Shown: positions 1-8,497 of the stretch, one piece after another
Numbering within the stretch: position 1 is the first letter of the stretch
Layout of the letters: each line of letters starts with the position of its first letter
Position numbers and translations under genes: made by a program
Source of the DNA: Deltaproteobacteria bacterium
GTDB taxonomy: Bacteria > Myxococcota_A > UBA9160 > UBA4427
Reading direction: 5' to 3'
DNA: 64,000 bases
Assembly (NCBI GenBank): GCA_019310385.1
Contig: JAFDEK010000014.1
Location: forward strand, 833 to 64,832
Notes under the pieces: generated by a model
The model's database searches: none
What the model was told of the DNA's origin: nothing
The model's input: the letters and a program-made list of their open reading frames with translations, nothing else

Positions 1-53
1 TGCTCGATTCCGGCTGGCACTGTGAGTGGCGCGAGGGCTGAGCCCCCAGCCCG

Positions 54-899
54 TCACTCCAAGCCCTCGAAGAGCTCCAGCACACCCTCGCCGTAGGCGC
101 GCCGAGCCACGCGACCGCCGCGGGCGCGGCACAGGGCCTCGAGCTCGGGGTTGGCATTGGCGGGGCAGAAGCCGTGGGGGAGCAGCTCGAAGGCCGAGCG
201 GTCGTTGCTGCCATCGCCCACCACGAGGGCCTGCTCGGGTGCGAGGCCCAGCTGCGCGAGGAGGAGCGCGATCCCCTCGGCCTTGTCGACGAGGCCGAGA
301 ACGTCCAGGTACTCGCTGCTCTCGTGGCACTCGAGCAGCTCGCTGCGCAGCTCGGGGTGTTCGTCGACCAGCTTCAGCAGCTCGCGATGGATCTGTGCGG
401 CCTCGAGCTGCTCGGGAACGCAGAAGCAGAGGCTCGCGCGCTTTTCGATGGTTTCGCAGGGCGCTCCCAGACGCTCGCCCAGCTGGTGCCGCCCCTCCGT
501 GGCGAACCACTCCATCACCCGGGCGATGTGCTCCGTACTCTCGTACTTGCGGGCGATCTCGTGGAGCTCGAAGTGTTGGGCCAGATCGAGGAGGTCGGGG
601 TAGTGATCCTGCTCGAGGTCGTAGACGACCGAGCCGTGCTCCAGGATCAGGTAGCGGAGCTTGGCGCTCGAGAGCCCTTCGGCGATGAAGCGCGTGTCGG
701 CGTACTTGCGCCCGGTGTTGAGGACCAGGTGCTCGACCGGCGAGGCGTCGACGGCGCGGCCGATGCGCGCCAGCATGGCGCCCTGGCGGGCGCTCAGACG
801 GGCGCTCTGCGCTCCGACGCTGAAGCTCTCGCCGTCGGGCGGGTTGAGGCAGCCATCCACGTCGAGGAAGACCGCCCTGAGGTCGGTGGGCAGGCTCAT
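54..899 (-). CDS. HAD-superfamily (Cof/IIB-like) phosphatase
   Basis: Motif I FLDVDGCL, motif II NTGR, motif III K (VDKAEG), motif IV VGDGSND. Start trimmed to ATG at 899. Confidence 0.8.
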   Translation of the reverse strand: MSLPTDLRAVFLDVDGCLNPPDGESFSVGAQSARLSARQGAMLARIGRAVDASPVEHLVLNTGRKYADTRFIAEGLSSAKLRYLILEHGSVVYDLEQDHYPDLLDLAQHFELHEIARKYESTEHIARVMEWFATEGRHQLGERLGAPCETIEKRASLCFCVPEQLEAAQIHRELLKLVDEHPELRSELLECHESSEYLDVLGLVDKAEGIALLLAQLGLAPEQALVVGDGSNDRSAFELLPHGFCPANANPELEALCRARGGRVARRAYGEGVLELFEGLE

Positions 900-961
900 G
901 GGGTGGGGAGCGTGCGGGTGAGTCCCCGATCGTGCAAGCGCGAGCCGGGGCGCATGGGCTC

Positions 962-1729
962 TCAGCCGCGTGGCCATTGCTCGCGGAGCACGAGCTCGCG
1001 GTCCGGACCCTCTCCGCGTCGCAAGGCCACGGCGAGCCGATGGTCATCGGAGATGGGCTGCAGTGCGACCTGCCAGTGCTCGGGCCGATCGTCGATGTCC
1101 TCGCCGAAGGAGATCGACGGAGCCTCGGCACTGCTCTCGAAGTCGAAGCGGACCGCTCGCACGGGAAGCTGGAAGCCGAGTCCCCGGGCCTTTGCGTAGG
1201 CCTCCTTGAGGGTCCAGTACTCGGTGAAGCGGATGTCGCGGGCCGGCCCCTCACGAGCGAAGAGTGCGCGCCGCTCTCCCTCGGAGAGGACGCGCTTGGC
1301 GACGCCCGCGAGATCCTTCACGCGGCCGACGCACTCCACGTCGATGCCGCAGTCGATCTGTGTGCAGATCACGCAGGCCACGAGCCCGGAGGTGTGGGAG
1401 AGGTTGAAGCGCAGGGGCGGCGCCCCCGACGGTCCGGAGACCTCCGGCTTGTCGTGCTCGCCCTTCTCGAATTCCCACGCGGCGGGTCGTACCTCGGCAT
1501 AGCGGGAGAGGGCGCTGCGCACGAGAGCGTGGGCGACGAGGAAGTGGTGGCGGTCCGGCTCGCGCACGAAGCGTCGGGCGCGCTCGTGCTCCTCGGGCGA
1601 GAGCAGGGCGTGGTAGCCCTCGAGCAGGGCCGGGTCGAGGTGCTCGTCGGGCCGGGCCAGCCATACGTGGGCCTCGCCCTCGAGGCGGGCGAACTCCTGG
1701 GCGGGGTCGGGTGCTCGGGGGTGGGTCAT
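962..1729 (-). CDS. Sfp/HetI-type 4'-phosphopantetheinyl transferase
   Basis: FNLSHT, GIDVE and WTLKEAYAKARGLG motifs. Confidence 0.93.
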   Translation of the reverse strand: MTHPRAPDPAQEFARLEGEAHVWLARPDEHLDPALLEGYHALLSPEEHERARRFVREPDRHHFLVAHALVRSALSRYAEVRPAAWEFEKGEHDKPEVSGPSGAPPLRFNLSHTSGLVACVICTQIDCGIDVECVGRVKDLAGVAKRVLSEGERRALFAREGPARDIRFTEYWTLKEAYAKARGLGFQLPVRAVRFDFESSAEAPSISFGEDIDDRPEHWQVALQPISDDHRLAVALRRGEGPDRELVLREQWPRG

Positions 1730-1887
1730 GAAGGCCAGTGTTGCCTTGCCCGGGCGGTCCTGCCAGGGGCCCGGGTCCCCACCCCCGCTGCCCGTCTGCC
1801 GAATTTTCTTTGGGAATTCCAGTACTTCCCTCTGCTAAGCTGAGCGCCGCCGCGCGCCGATCAAGGGCAGCGCAGCGCGGAGCGGAA

Positions 1888-2673
1888 TTGAGAATCGCAA
1901 TCTTCACCCAGGACGATCGGGTCTACCTGCCGGCCTCCGTGGGAACGGTCGTCGAGGCAATGCCGGAGCAGATCTCCTGCATCGTGCTCTCGCCCCCCAT
2001 GTCGACCCATGGCGGCGCGGTGAAGGGGCTGCTGCGCCACCTGCCGGTATTCGGGGTGCAGGGCACGCTGCGCATGGGGTGGCGCGTCATCTGGGCGCGC
2101 ATCGGCCCGAAGCTGGGCTTTGGGCCCCCGGGCGGGCGCCAGTACTGGTCCATCGAGGACGTGGGCCGCCGCTTCGGGATCCCCACCTTCTATGTCGACG
2201 AGGTGAATTCTCCGCAGATGCACGAGATCCTGGACGACCATCCCTCGGATCTGCTGGTCTCGGTCTCTTGTCCCCAGATCATCCGCGCAAAGCTGCTGCG
2301 CCGCTTCACCCACGGTGGCATCAACGTCCACTCGGCGCCGCTGCCGCGCTACCGGGGTCTGATGCCGGCCTTTTGGGTGCTCTACAACGGCGAGAAGGAG
2401 ACCGCGGTCACGGTCCACGACCTGGCCGAGAAGCTCGACAACGGGGAGATCCTCCACCAGGAGCCCATCGCCATCGAGGCGGGCGAGACCTGGAACTCGC
2501 TGCTCGGAAAGACCAAGGGAGCGGCGGGTACGGCCCTGGTGAAGGCCATTGGCCAGATCGCGGATGGCACGGTGGTGCGCAGGCCCAACCGCGACGAGGA
2601 CTCGACCTACTTCAGCTTTCCTACCTGGAAGGAGGCCCGCGTGTTTCGCTCTCGCGGGCGGCGGATGTTCTGA
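1888..2673 (+). CDS. Formyltransferase family protein (Fmt/PurN fold; probably sugar N-formyltransferase)
   Basis: INVHSAPLPRYRG and TVH..AEKLDNGEIL catalytic motifs; no Fmt C-terminal tRNA-binding domain; probable TTG start at 1888. Confidence 0.8.
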   Translation: MRIAIFTQDDRVYLPASVGTVVEAMPEQISCIVLSPPMSTHGGAVKGLLRHLPVFGVQGTLRMGWRVIWARIGPKLGFGPPGGRQYWSIEDVGRRFGIPTFYVDEVNSPQMHEILDDHPSDLLVSVSCPQIIRAKLLRRFTHGGINVHSAPLPRYRGLMPAFWVLYNGEKETAVTVHDLAEKLDNGEILHQEPIAIEAGETWNSLLGKTKGAAGTALVKAIGQIADGTVVRRPNRDEDSTYFSFPTWKEARVFRSRGRRMF

Positions 2674-2677
2674 GGCG

Positions 2678-3526
2678 ATGCCCAACGTCTTCTCCGTCGA
2701 CGTCGAGGACTGGTTCCATCTACTCGACAGCAGCGAGGCGCCCGAGTACGAGCGCTGGGCGAGTCTGGAATCCCGGGTGCGCCGCAACACCGAGCTCTTG
2801 CTCGCCGAGCTGGCCCGGCGCGAGGTCCGCTGCACCTTCTTCGTGCTCGGCTGGATCGCGGAGCAGCACCCGGAACTCATTGCCGAGATCGCGGGCGCCG
2901 GTCACGAGATCGCGAGCCACGGCTACGCTCACACTCTCATCTACACCCAGAGCCCCGAGGCCTTCCGCGACGATCTGCGGCGCGCGAGTGACGCCATCGT
3001 GGCGGCTTGCGGCGTGAAGCCCCGGGGTTTTCGCGCGCCCGGCTTCTCCATCAAGCGGCAGAACCTGTGGGCCTTCGACGTGCTGAAGGAAGAGGGCTTC
3101 GTCTACGACTCGTCGTCTTTTCCCGCCCCGCGCTCTCACGGCGGCCTGCCCGGCACCACTCCGCTGCCCACGGTGCTCGACAACGGACTCGTCGAGTTTC
3201 CGATCTCGACCGTCGACCTGCGGCTTGCGCGCTGGAGCTATCTGGGCGGCGGCTACCTGCGGCTGCTCCCCAAGCGCCTCGTGCTCTCCTGGGCGGCGAG
3301 CCAGGAGAAGGCCGGCATCCCGCTCATCCTCTACATCCACCCCCGCGACGTCGACTCCGGGCAGCCGCGCCTTCGGCTCTTGCCCCACAGCTACTTTCGC
3401 ACCTATGTCGGGGTCTCGAGCTGTCTCGATAAGGTGTCGGCGCTGCTCGACCGCTTCGAGTGGACCAGCTTCGAGGAGTACCTGCGCTGCGCTCCGCCCC
3501 AGGGCCAGGAGAGGGCCTCGGCATGA
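2678..3526 (+). CDS. Polysaccharide deacetylase (DUF3473 / XrtA-system type)
   Basis: SVDVEDWFH, TFFVLG, HEIASHGYAH, FRAPGFS, YDSS, GGGYLRLLP, YIHP motifs. Confidence 0.9.
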   Translation: MPNVFSVDVEDWFHLLDSSEAPEYERWASLESRVRRNTELLLAELARREVRCTFFVLGWIAEQHPELIAEIAGAGHEIASHGYAHTLIYTQSPEAFRDDLRRASDAIVAACGVKPRGFRAPGFSIKRQNLWAFDVLKEEGFVYDSSSFPAPRSHGGLPGTTPLPTVLDNGLVEFPISTVDLRLARWSYLGGGYLRLLPKRLVLSWAASQEKAGIPLILYIHPRDVDSGQPRLRLLPHSYFRTYVGVSSCLDKVSALLDRFEWTSFEEYLRCAPPQGQERASA

Positions 3527-4758
3527 AGATCCTCTTCCTCACGGACAACTTCCCGCCCGAGTCGAACGCACCCGCCATTCGTACCTTCGAGCACACCCGG
3601 GAATGGGTGAAGGCCGGTCACGAGGTCACGGTGCTGACCTGCGCGCCCAATTTTCCGCGAGGTCGGGTCTACGAGGGCTATCGCAACCGTCTCTTCCAGC
3701 GCGAGGAGATCGAGGGGATCCGCGTCGTTCGCGTGTGGAGCTGGATCGCGGCCAACGAGGGCTCGCTCAAGCGCATCCTCGACTACATGAGCTTCATGCT
3801 GAGCGCCGTCGTCGCGTCGCTCTTCCTGAAGCGGCCCGACGTGGTGATCGGAACCTCACCCCAGTTCTTCACCGCCGCCGCGGCCTGGATGGTGGGCAAG
3901 CTGAAGCGGCGCCCCTGGGTCTTCGAGCTGCGCGACCTCTGGCCCGAGACCATTCTGGCCGTCGGGGCCATGAAGAAGGGACGCCTGGTCGAGGCCATCG
4001 AGCGCTTCGCGGATTTTCTCTATCGCGACGCCGACCTCGTGGTGCCCGTCACCGACTCCTTCGCGCGGCATCTCGAGCAGGTGGGGGTGGACCCCGAGCG
4101 GATCGTCGTCGTCACCAACGGGATCGAGCCCGGTCAGCACGTGCCGGAGCGCGCTCCCGCGGCGGTGCGGGAGCACTGGGGCATTCCGGCGGACGCCTTC
4201 GTCGCGGGCTACATCGGCACGGCGGGCCTGTGTCACGGGCTCAGCGCGGTCCTCGACGCGGCGGTCCTCCTGCAGGGCGATCGCGGCTTCCACTTCGCCC
4301 TCATGGGGGACGGGGCCGACAAGGACGAGCTGAGGGAGATCGCCCGGGAGCGAAAGCTCGAGAACGTGACGATCATCGACGGACAGCCGCGGCAGGCAGC
4401 CCTCGAGCTGCTCAATGCCGTCGATGTCTCCCTGGTCGTGCTCAAGAACTCGCCGCTCTTCGAGACCGTGATCCCGTCGAAGATCTTCGAAGCCATGGAG
4501 CTGCGCAAGCCGATCCTGATTGGTGTGCGGGGCGAGAGCCGCAAGATCGTGGTGGACGAGGTGGGTTGTGGGGTTGCTTTCCCGCCGGAGGATGCCGAGG
4601 CGATGGCGGCCGCCCTGCAACGGCTCGCCCGGGACGACGAGGAGCGCCAGCGGCTGGCCCAGCGCGGCGGCGAGGCCCTGGTCGAACGCTTCCGGCGCAG
4701 CGCCCTGGCGGCGAAGATGCTCGCCGCCCTCGAGGCTCTGGTCCGCAGCCGGCACTGA
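3523..4758 (+). CDS. Glycosyltransferase family 4 (WbuB-like)
   Basis: MKILFLTDNFPPE, RDLWPET, PSKIFEAM; ATGA overlap with the deacetylase stop. Confidence 0.92.
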   Translation: MKILFLTDNFPPESNAPAIRTFEHTREWVKAGHEVTVLTCAPNFPRGRVYEGYRNRLFQREEIEGIRVVRVWSWIAANEGSLKRILDYMSFMLSAVVASLFLKRPDVVIGTSPQFFTAAAAWMVGKLKRRPWVFELRDLWPETILAVGAMKKGRLVEAIERFADFLYRDADLVVPVTDSFARHLEQVGVDPERIVVVTNGIEPGQHVPERAPAAVREHWGIPADAFVAGYIGTAGLCHGLSAVLDAAVLLQGDRGFHFALMGDGADKDELREIARERKLENVTIIDGQPRQAALELLNAVDVSLVVLKNSPLFETVIPSKIFEAMELRKPILIGVRGESRKIVVDEVGCGVAFPPEDAEAMAAALQRLARDDEERQRLAQRGGEALVERFRRSALAAKMLAALEALVRSRH

Positions 4759-4770
4759 GCTCCGCCAGAC

Positions 4771-4830
4771 GCAGCGCCTCCGTTAGTGGCAGCGCCTCTG
4801 TTAGTGGCAGCGCCTCTGCTAGTGGCAGCG
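4771..4830. repeat. 18-bp tandem repeat (about 3.3 copies) duplicating the last codons and stop of the minus-strand lipoprotein gene
   Basis: GCAGCGCCTCYGYTAGTG units; the minus strand reads R-C-H-stop three times in frame. Confidence 0.9.
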
Positions 4831-5169
4831 ATAGATGCCGTACTCGCGCTTTCCTTCCTCGACCTCGCCGACCGGCGCCACGGCGTTCCCTTCGAGCCCC
4901 ACCGCTGAGTTGCGCGCCATGGTCTCGAGCTCGGCGGCCACCTTGTCTTTGCCCCGCGAGACGAAGCCCACCTTGGCGGGGACCTCGACCAGGGTCTCGC
5001 CCAGCCTCCGGCAGCTCGGGCGGTTGGCCTCGTCGGCGGAGATCACGCGGACTTCACTCGCGCCAGGAGCGGGCTCCACGTGCTTGCAGCCCGAAGCGAG
5101 TAGCGCCGCGGCGGCGAGCAGCACGCATCCGGCGAGCGTGGGAATGGAAAGCAGTCTGGAGCCGATCAT
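4819..5169 (-). CDS. DUF4156-like lipoprotein
   Basis: Lipobox LASGC; CRRLG...ARNSA..LEGNAV...YRC pattern; GAGGGGG RBS before ATG at 5169. Confidence 0.8.
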   Translation of the reverse strand: MIGSRLLSIPTLAGCVLLAAAALLASGCKHVEPAPGASEVRVISADEANRPSCRRLGETLVEVPAKVGFVSRGKDKVAAELETMARNSAVGLEGNAVAPVGEVEEGKREYGIYRCH

Positions 5170-5210
5170 CGCGATACCCCCCTCGAGTTTCTTGGCGGCG
5201 AGCCGCGCCC

Positions 5211-6020
5211 TCAGGCCCGGTACATACCGCCGTTGGCGTGAAAGATCTGTCCCGTCGTGTAGCCGAAGAGCTTCGGGTCCGCGATGGCGCAGATGGTGTT
5301 CGCCATCTCCTCGGGCTCGGCGATGCGGCCCACCAGGGTCGTGCGCGCCATGGCGGCCATGCCCTCGTCGCCGATCGCGGCCAGCATGGGGGTGCGCACG
5401 GGGCCGGGTGCGATGGCGTTCACCCTCACGCCGTAGCCCGCGAACTCCCGGGCCGTCGTGCGGGTGACGGCCTCGATGGCCCCCTTGGCGGCGGTGTAGT
5501 CGACCTGGCCGATGTTGCCGTCCCGGGCGCTCACCGACGAGAAGTTGACGATGTAGCGGTTCACGCCGTCGTCGAGCGGCTGGTTGCCGTTGGCCTTGAA
5601 GAGCGGGTGCCAGTGCTGGGCCGCGGCCTCGCGGGTGAAGAGGAAGGTCCCGTGCAGGTGCACGGCGACGACGGCCTTGAAGTCGTCGTAGGACTTCTTG
5701 GCGATGCGGGCATCGCGGGTGATGCCGGCCACGTTGACGACTCCGTTGATGCACCCCGTCGCTTCGAGGACGGCGGCGACCACGCCCTTCACATCCTCTT
5801 CGTCGGTGACGTTTGCGGGGACCACCAGGGGCTCCGTGGCGGCGAAGCCCGCGAGCTCGCTCTGCACCTCTCGCAGCCGCCCCTCGTCGAGGTCCACGAG
5901 GGCCACGCAGGCGCCGTGGGCGGCCAGGGCCGCCGCTACGCGGTTGCCGATGCCCTGGCCGGCTCCGGTCACGATGTGGGTTTCGCCCGTGAAGGCGCCT
6001 TCGCGCAGCACGCGTTCCAT
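5211..6020 (-). CDS. SDR family oxidoreductase (FabG-like 3-oxoacyl reductase)
   Basis: TGAGQGIG, NVAGITRD, catalytic YTAAK, VNAIAPG. Confidence 0.9.
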   Translation of the reverse strand: MERVLREGAFTGETHIVTGAGQGIGNRVAAALAAHGACVALVDLDEGRLREVQSELAGFAATEPLVVPANVTDEEDVKGVVAAVLEATGCINGVVNVAGITRDARIAKKSYDDFKAVVAVHLHGTFLFTREAAAQHWHPLFKANGNQPLDDGVNRYIVNFSSVSARDGNIGQVDYTAAKGAIEAVTRTTAREFAGYGVRVNAIAPGPVRTPMLAAIGDEGMAAMARTTLVGRIAEPEEMANTICAIADPKLFGYTTGQIFHANGGMYRA

Positions 6021-6187
6021 GTGGGATCTCTCTTCAGTTGGCTTCAGTCTGCTTCAGCCGGTTGAGGTCTGTGAAGCTCTGGATTTCGGCTACGGGCTCC
6101 GGTGTGGATTCGCACCGGCCGGCCCAGAATATTGCGGTCCCCGGAGCGAATCACAAGCGTCCGCCGGCGGAGGTGCCTGAAGGCCGA

Positions 6188-6220
6188 AGAGCCCCCGGAG
6201 CGGGCAGCTCCGGGGGCTCT
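6188..6220 (-). terminator. GC-rich hairpin, probable terminator of the Cys-rich protein gene
   Basis: 14-bp perfect stem AGAGCCCCCGGAGC / GCTCCGGGGGCTCT, 33 bp downstream of the stop at 6254; U-tract weak. Confidence 0.6.
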
Positions 6221-6253
6221 CCATTGGATCCAAACGATGCTCGACTTGCGCTC

Positions 6254-8170
6254 TCAGGTCTCCGAGCGCCTGCGCCGTGCCACCGTGACGCTCCCCGCGG
6301 CGAGCAGCAAGAGCGCCAGCGCGACGTGCCCCGGCCCGGCGAGTCCGGGCACCTCGGTGCTCGGGGGATCGATGCTGCAGCCCGGGATCCACTCGTTGCC
6401 GCAGCCCACCAGGGCGTCGCAGCTGTCGGCCGTGCAGGGATTCGTGTCGTTGCACTGGGCGTCGTTCGCCAGGCCCACGATGCTGTCGCTGCCCTCGTCG
6501 CAGGCGTCGCCGGTCGTACAGGCGACGCCGTCGTCGTCGGCGGGAGGCGTGCCGGTTTGACAGTCGTTGACCGCATCGCAGGTCTCGTCGCCGTCGCAGA
6601 AGAGCCCGTTGTCGCAGAGGCTGTGGTCGGGAGTGCCCACGATGCTGTCGCTGCCCTCGTCGCAGGCGTCGCCGGTGGTACAGGCGACGCCGTCGTCGGC
6701 GACGGGAGGCGTGCCGGTTTGACAGTCGTTGACCGCATCGCAGGTCTCGCTGCCGTCGCAGAAGAGCCCGTTGTCGCAGCTGGCGTGGACGGGGAAGTGG
6801 ACGATCTCGTCGCTGACGTCGTTACAGAAGTCGGCCGTGCAGGAGACGCCATCGTCCAGGACGAGGGGAGGCCCGGGCCGACAATTGAAGACCGGGTCGC
6901 AGACTTCGACACCGTCGCAGAAGATCATGTTGTCGCAGGCCGCGTGGCTGGGGAAGTGGACGATCTCGTCGATGGATTCGTTGCAGAAGTCAGCCGTGCA
7001 TACGACGCCGTCGTCCATGTCGAGGGGCAGGCCGAGCACGCAGTTGTTCACCGGATCGCAGACTTCGTCGCCGTTGCAGAAGAGACCGTCGTCGCACTGG
7101 TTGTCGTCCGGAGCGAAAACGAAGCTGTCGTTGACTTCGTCGCAAGTGTCGACGGTGCAGGGGACGCCGTCGTCGGGCACCGGCGGCGTGCCGGGCTGGC
7201 AGCCGAGGAGTGCGTCGCAGAGCTCGACGCCGTCGCAGAATTGCCCGTTGCTGCACACGACCGGTGCGCCCGCGACACAGGCGCCCGCGCCGTCGCAGAG
7301 GTCGATGTCGGTACAGAGGTTGTCGTCGCTGCAGCTACTGCCGTTCGCCTCGAAGGTGCAGGTCGCCGAGCAGCAGTCGCCGTCGGCGGTGTTGCCGTCG
7401 TCGCACTCCTCGGGGCCTTCGGGAATGCCGTCACCGCAGATCGACACCAGCTCGACCTGCACGGAGAAGCCGCTCACCGGGAGATTGCCGTAGTAGAGGT
7501 GCCCGTAGGGGCCCGTCGACTTCTTGTCGTCGTGGGGCGCCACCCAGAGGTAGACCCCGCCCGGCGGCACCTCGACCTCGACGCTCGTGGTCGAGATGAA
7601 GAAATCCTCGGCGATGTCGGTGTTGAAGGAGGCGGCCTCGGACAGCCCCATCAGGCCCGTGTTGTAGTCGACGCCGGAGTCGATGGCGGAAATGACGCGG
7701 GGCGAGCTGTAGGGGCTACCGTCGAGGAACGCGCAGCTGGAGCTGGAGAAGCCGAAGCAGGGGGTGACGTAGTCATCCGAGCTGAAGAGGCCGATCATCT
7801 TCGAGATGACCGACTGGTTGGCCTCGCCGGAGAAGATGAAGGGAAAGGGGTTGGAGCGTCCGGTCTTGAAGCTCCCCACCGCGGTGAGGCGAACCGTGTC
7901 GCCGGCCACGATACCGAGGCCCGGCAGGTAGATGGGGTCGTCGGTGCCCCAGGTCTCTTGCCAGCGCGGGCAAAAGAGGGAGCCGGCCGGGCAGGGATCC
8001 CAGGCGGCGGTCTCGTCGCTGCCGGCGCCGAGGAAGCTCTGGTCCACCGTCACGTCGAACTCGAAGACCTGGGCGCCAGCCGGGGCGGAAAGGGTCAGTA
8101 GGGCAAGGAGCAGCACGTACGCAAGGCGAACGCGTCCCAGCGCATCAGGTGCAATGCGCACGAGCTTCAT
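6254..8170 (-). CDS. Secreted cysteine-rich repeat surface protein (DUF4215 myxococcal repeat, about six 53-54 aa disulfide repeats, C-terminal IPTL/PEP-CTERM-like sorting signal)
   Basis: Signal peptide ending AGA-Q; CGDG..EECDDGN..GDCCS; repeated DDGVxCTxDxC..CDNGLFCDGxExCD; C-terminus VPGL + TM + RRRR. Confidence 0.85.
   Translation of the reverse strand: MKLVRIAPDALGRVRLAYVLLLALLTLSAPAGAQVFEFDVTVDQSFLGAGSDETAAWDPCPAGSLFCPRWQETWGTDDPIYLPGLGIVAGDTVRLTAVGSFKTGRSNPFPFIFSGEANQSVISKMIGLFSSDDYVTPCFGFSSSSCAFLDGSPYSSPRVISAIDSGVDYNTGLMGLSEAASFNTDIAEDFFISTTSVEVEVPPGGVYLWVAPHDDKKSTGPYGHLYYGNLPVSGFSVQVELVSICGDGIPEGPEECDDGNTADGDCCSATCTFEANGSSCSDDNLCTDIDLCDGAGACVAGAPVVCSNGQFCDGVELCDALLGCQPGTPPVPDDGVPCTVDTCDEVNDSFVFAPDDNQCDDGLFCNGDEVCDPVNNCVLGLPLDMDDGVVCTADFCNESIDEIVHFPSHAACDNMIFCDGVEVCDPVFNCRPGPPLVLDDGVSCTADFCNDVSDEIVHFPVHASCDNGLFCDGSETCDAVNDCQTGTPPVADDGVACTTGDACDEGSDSIVGTPDHSLCDNGLFCDGDETCDAVNDCQTGTPPADDDGVACTTGDACDEGSDSIVGLANDAQCNDTNPCTADSCDALVGCGNEWIPGCSIDPPSTEVPGLAGPGHVALALLLLAAGSVTVARRRRSET
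6473..6779. repeat. Intragenic direct repeat, 162-bp period, near-identical copies
   Basis: GCCCACGATGCTGTCGCTGCCCTCGTCGCAGG... begins at 6473 and 6635; a further pair with about 159-bp period follows. Confidence 0.85.
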
Positions 8171-8497
8171 CCGTTATCTCCCGGGATCCGCGGACTCGAG
8201 GGTCAGAGGGTGGGGGATGGGCACAACGGCCGGCAGTTTACGGGGTGGCGGGCCCCGAGATCAAGCAGGAAATGTGCAGATCTCCCGCACCCGCACCGGC
8301 GCTCCGGACCGGGCAGGAGGCAACTTCGTCGCCCATGGGAAACGCGCGCATCTCATTGGCGAGAAGAGCCCGGGGCGCGGCAAGGGCGCGGGCGCGCTGG
8401 GCAGGGCCGCTCGCGGCCGGGTCGCCGTGGGAGGCCTCGCCCTTCATGGCTGCCGTGCTTGGCTGCTCTTTACTCAGCGCCCACGCTTGCCGTCCAC

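Noticed and set aside
54-6020. PPTase, SDR and formyltransferase as a secondary-metabolite cluster
   Set aside because: No carrier protein, PKS or NRPS gene in the window; the region left of position 1 cannot be seen.
3225-6065. 946-aa plus-strand ORF and the many other long Arg/Pro/Gly-rich overlapping ORFs (e.g. 6038-8101, 14158-16308, 35145-37910, 57960-59714)
   Set aside because: Shadow frames of real genes caused by high GC; no motifs and atypical composition.
6473-7200. Regularly spaced repeats as a possible CRISPR array
   Set aside because: Periods are multiples of 3 (159-162 bp), they lie inside a coding frame, there are no unique spacers and no cas genes.
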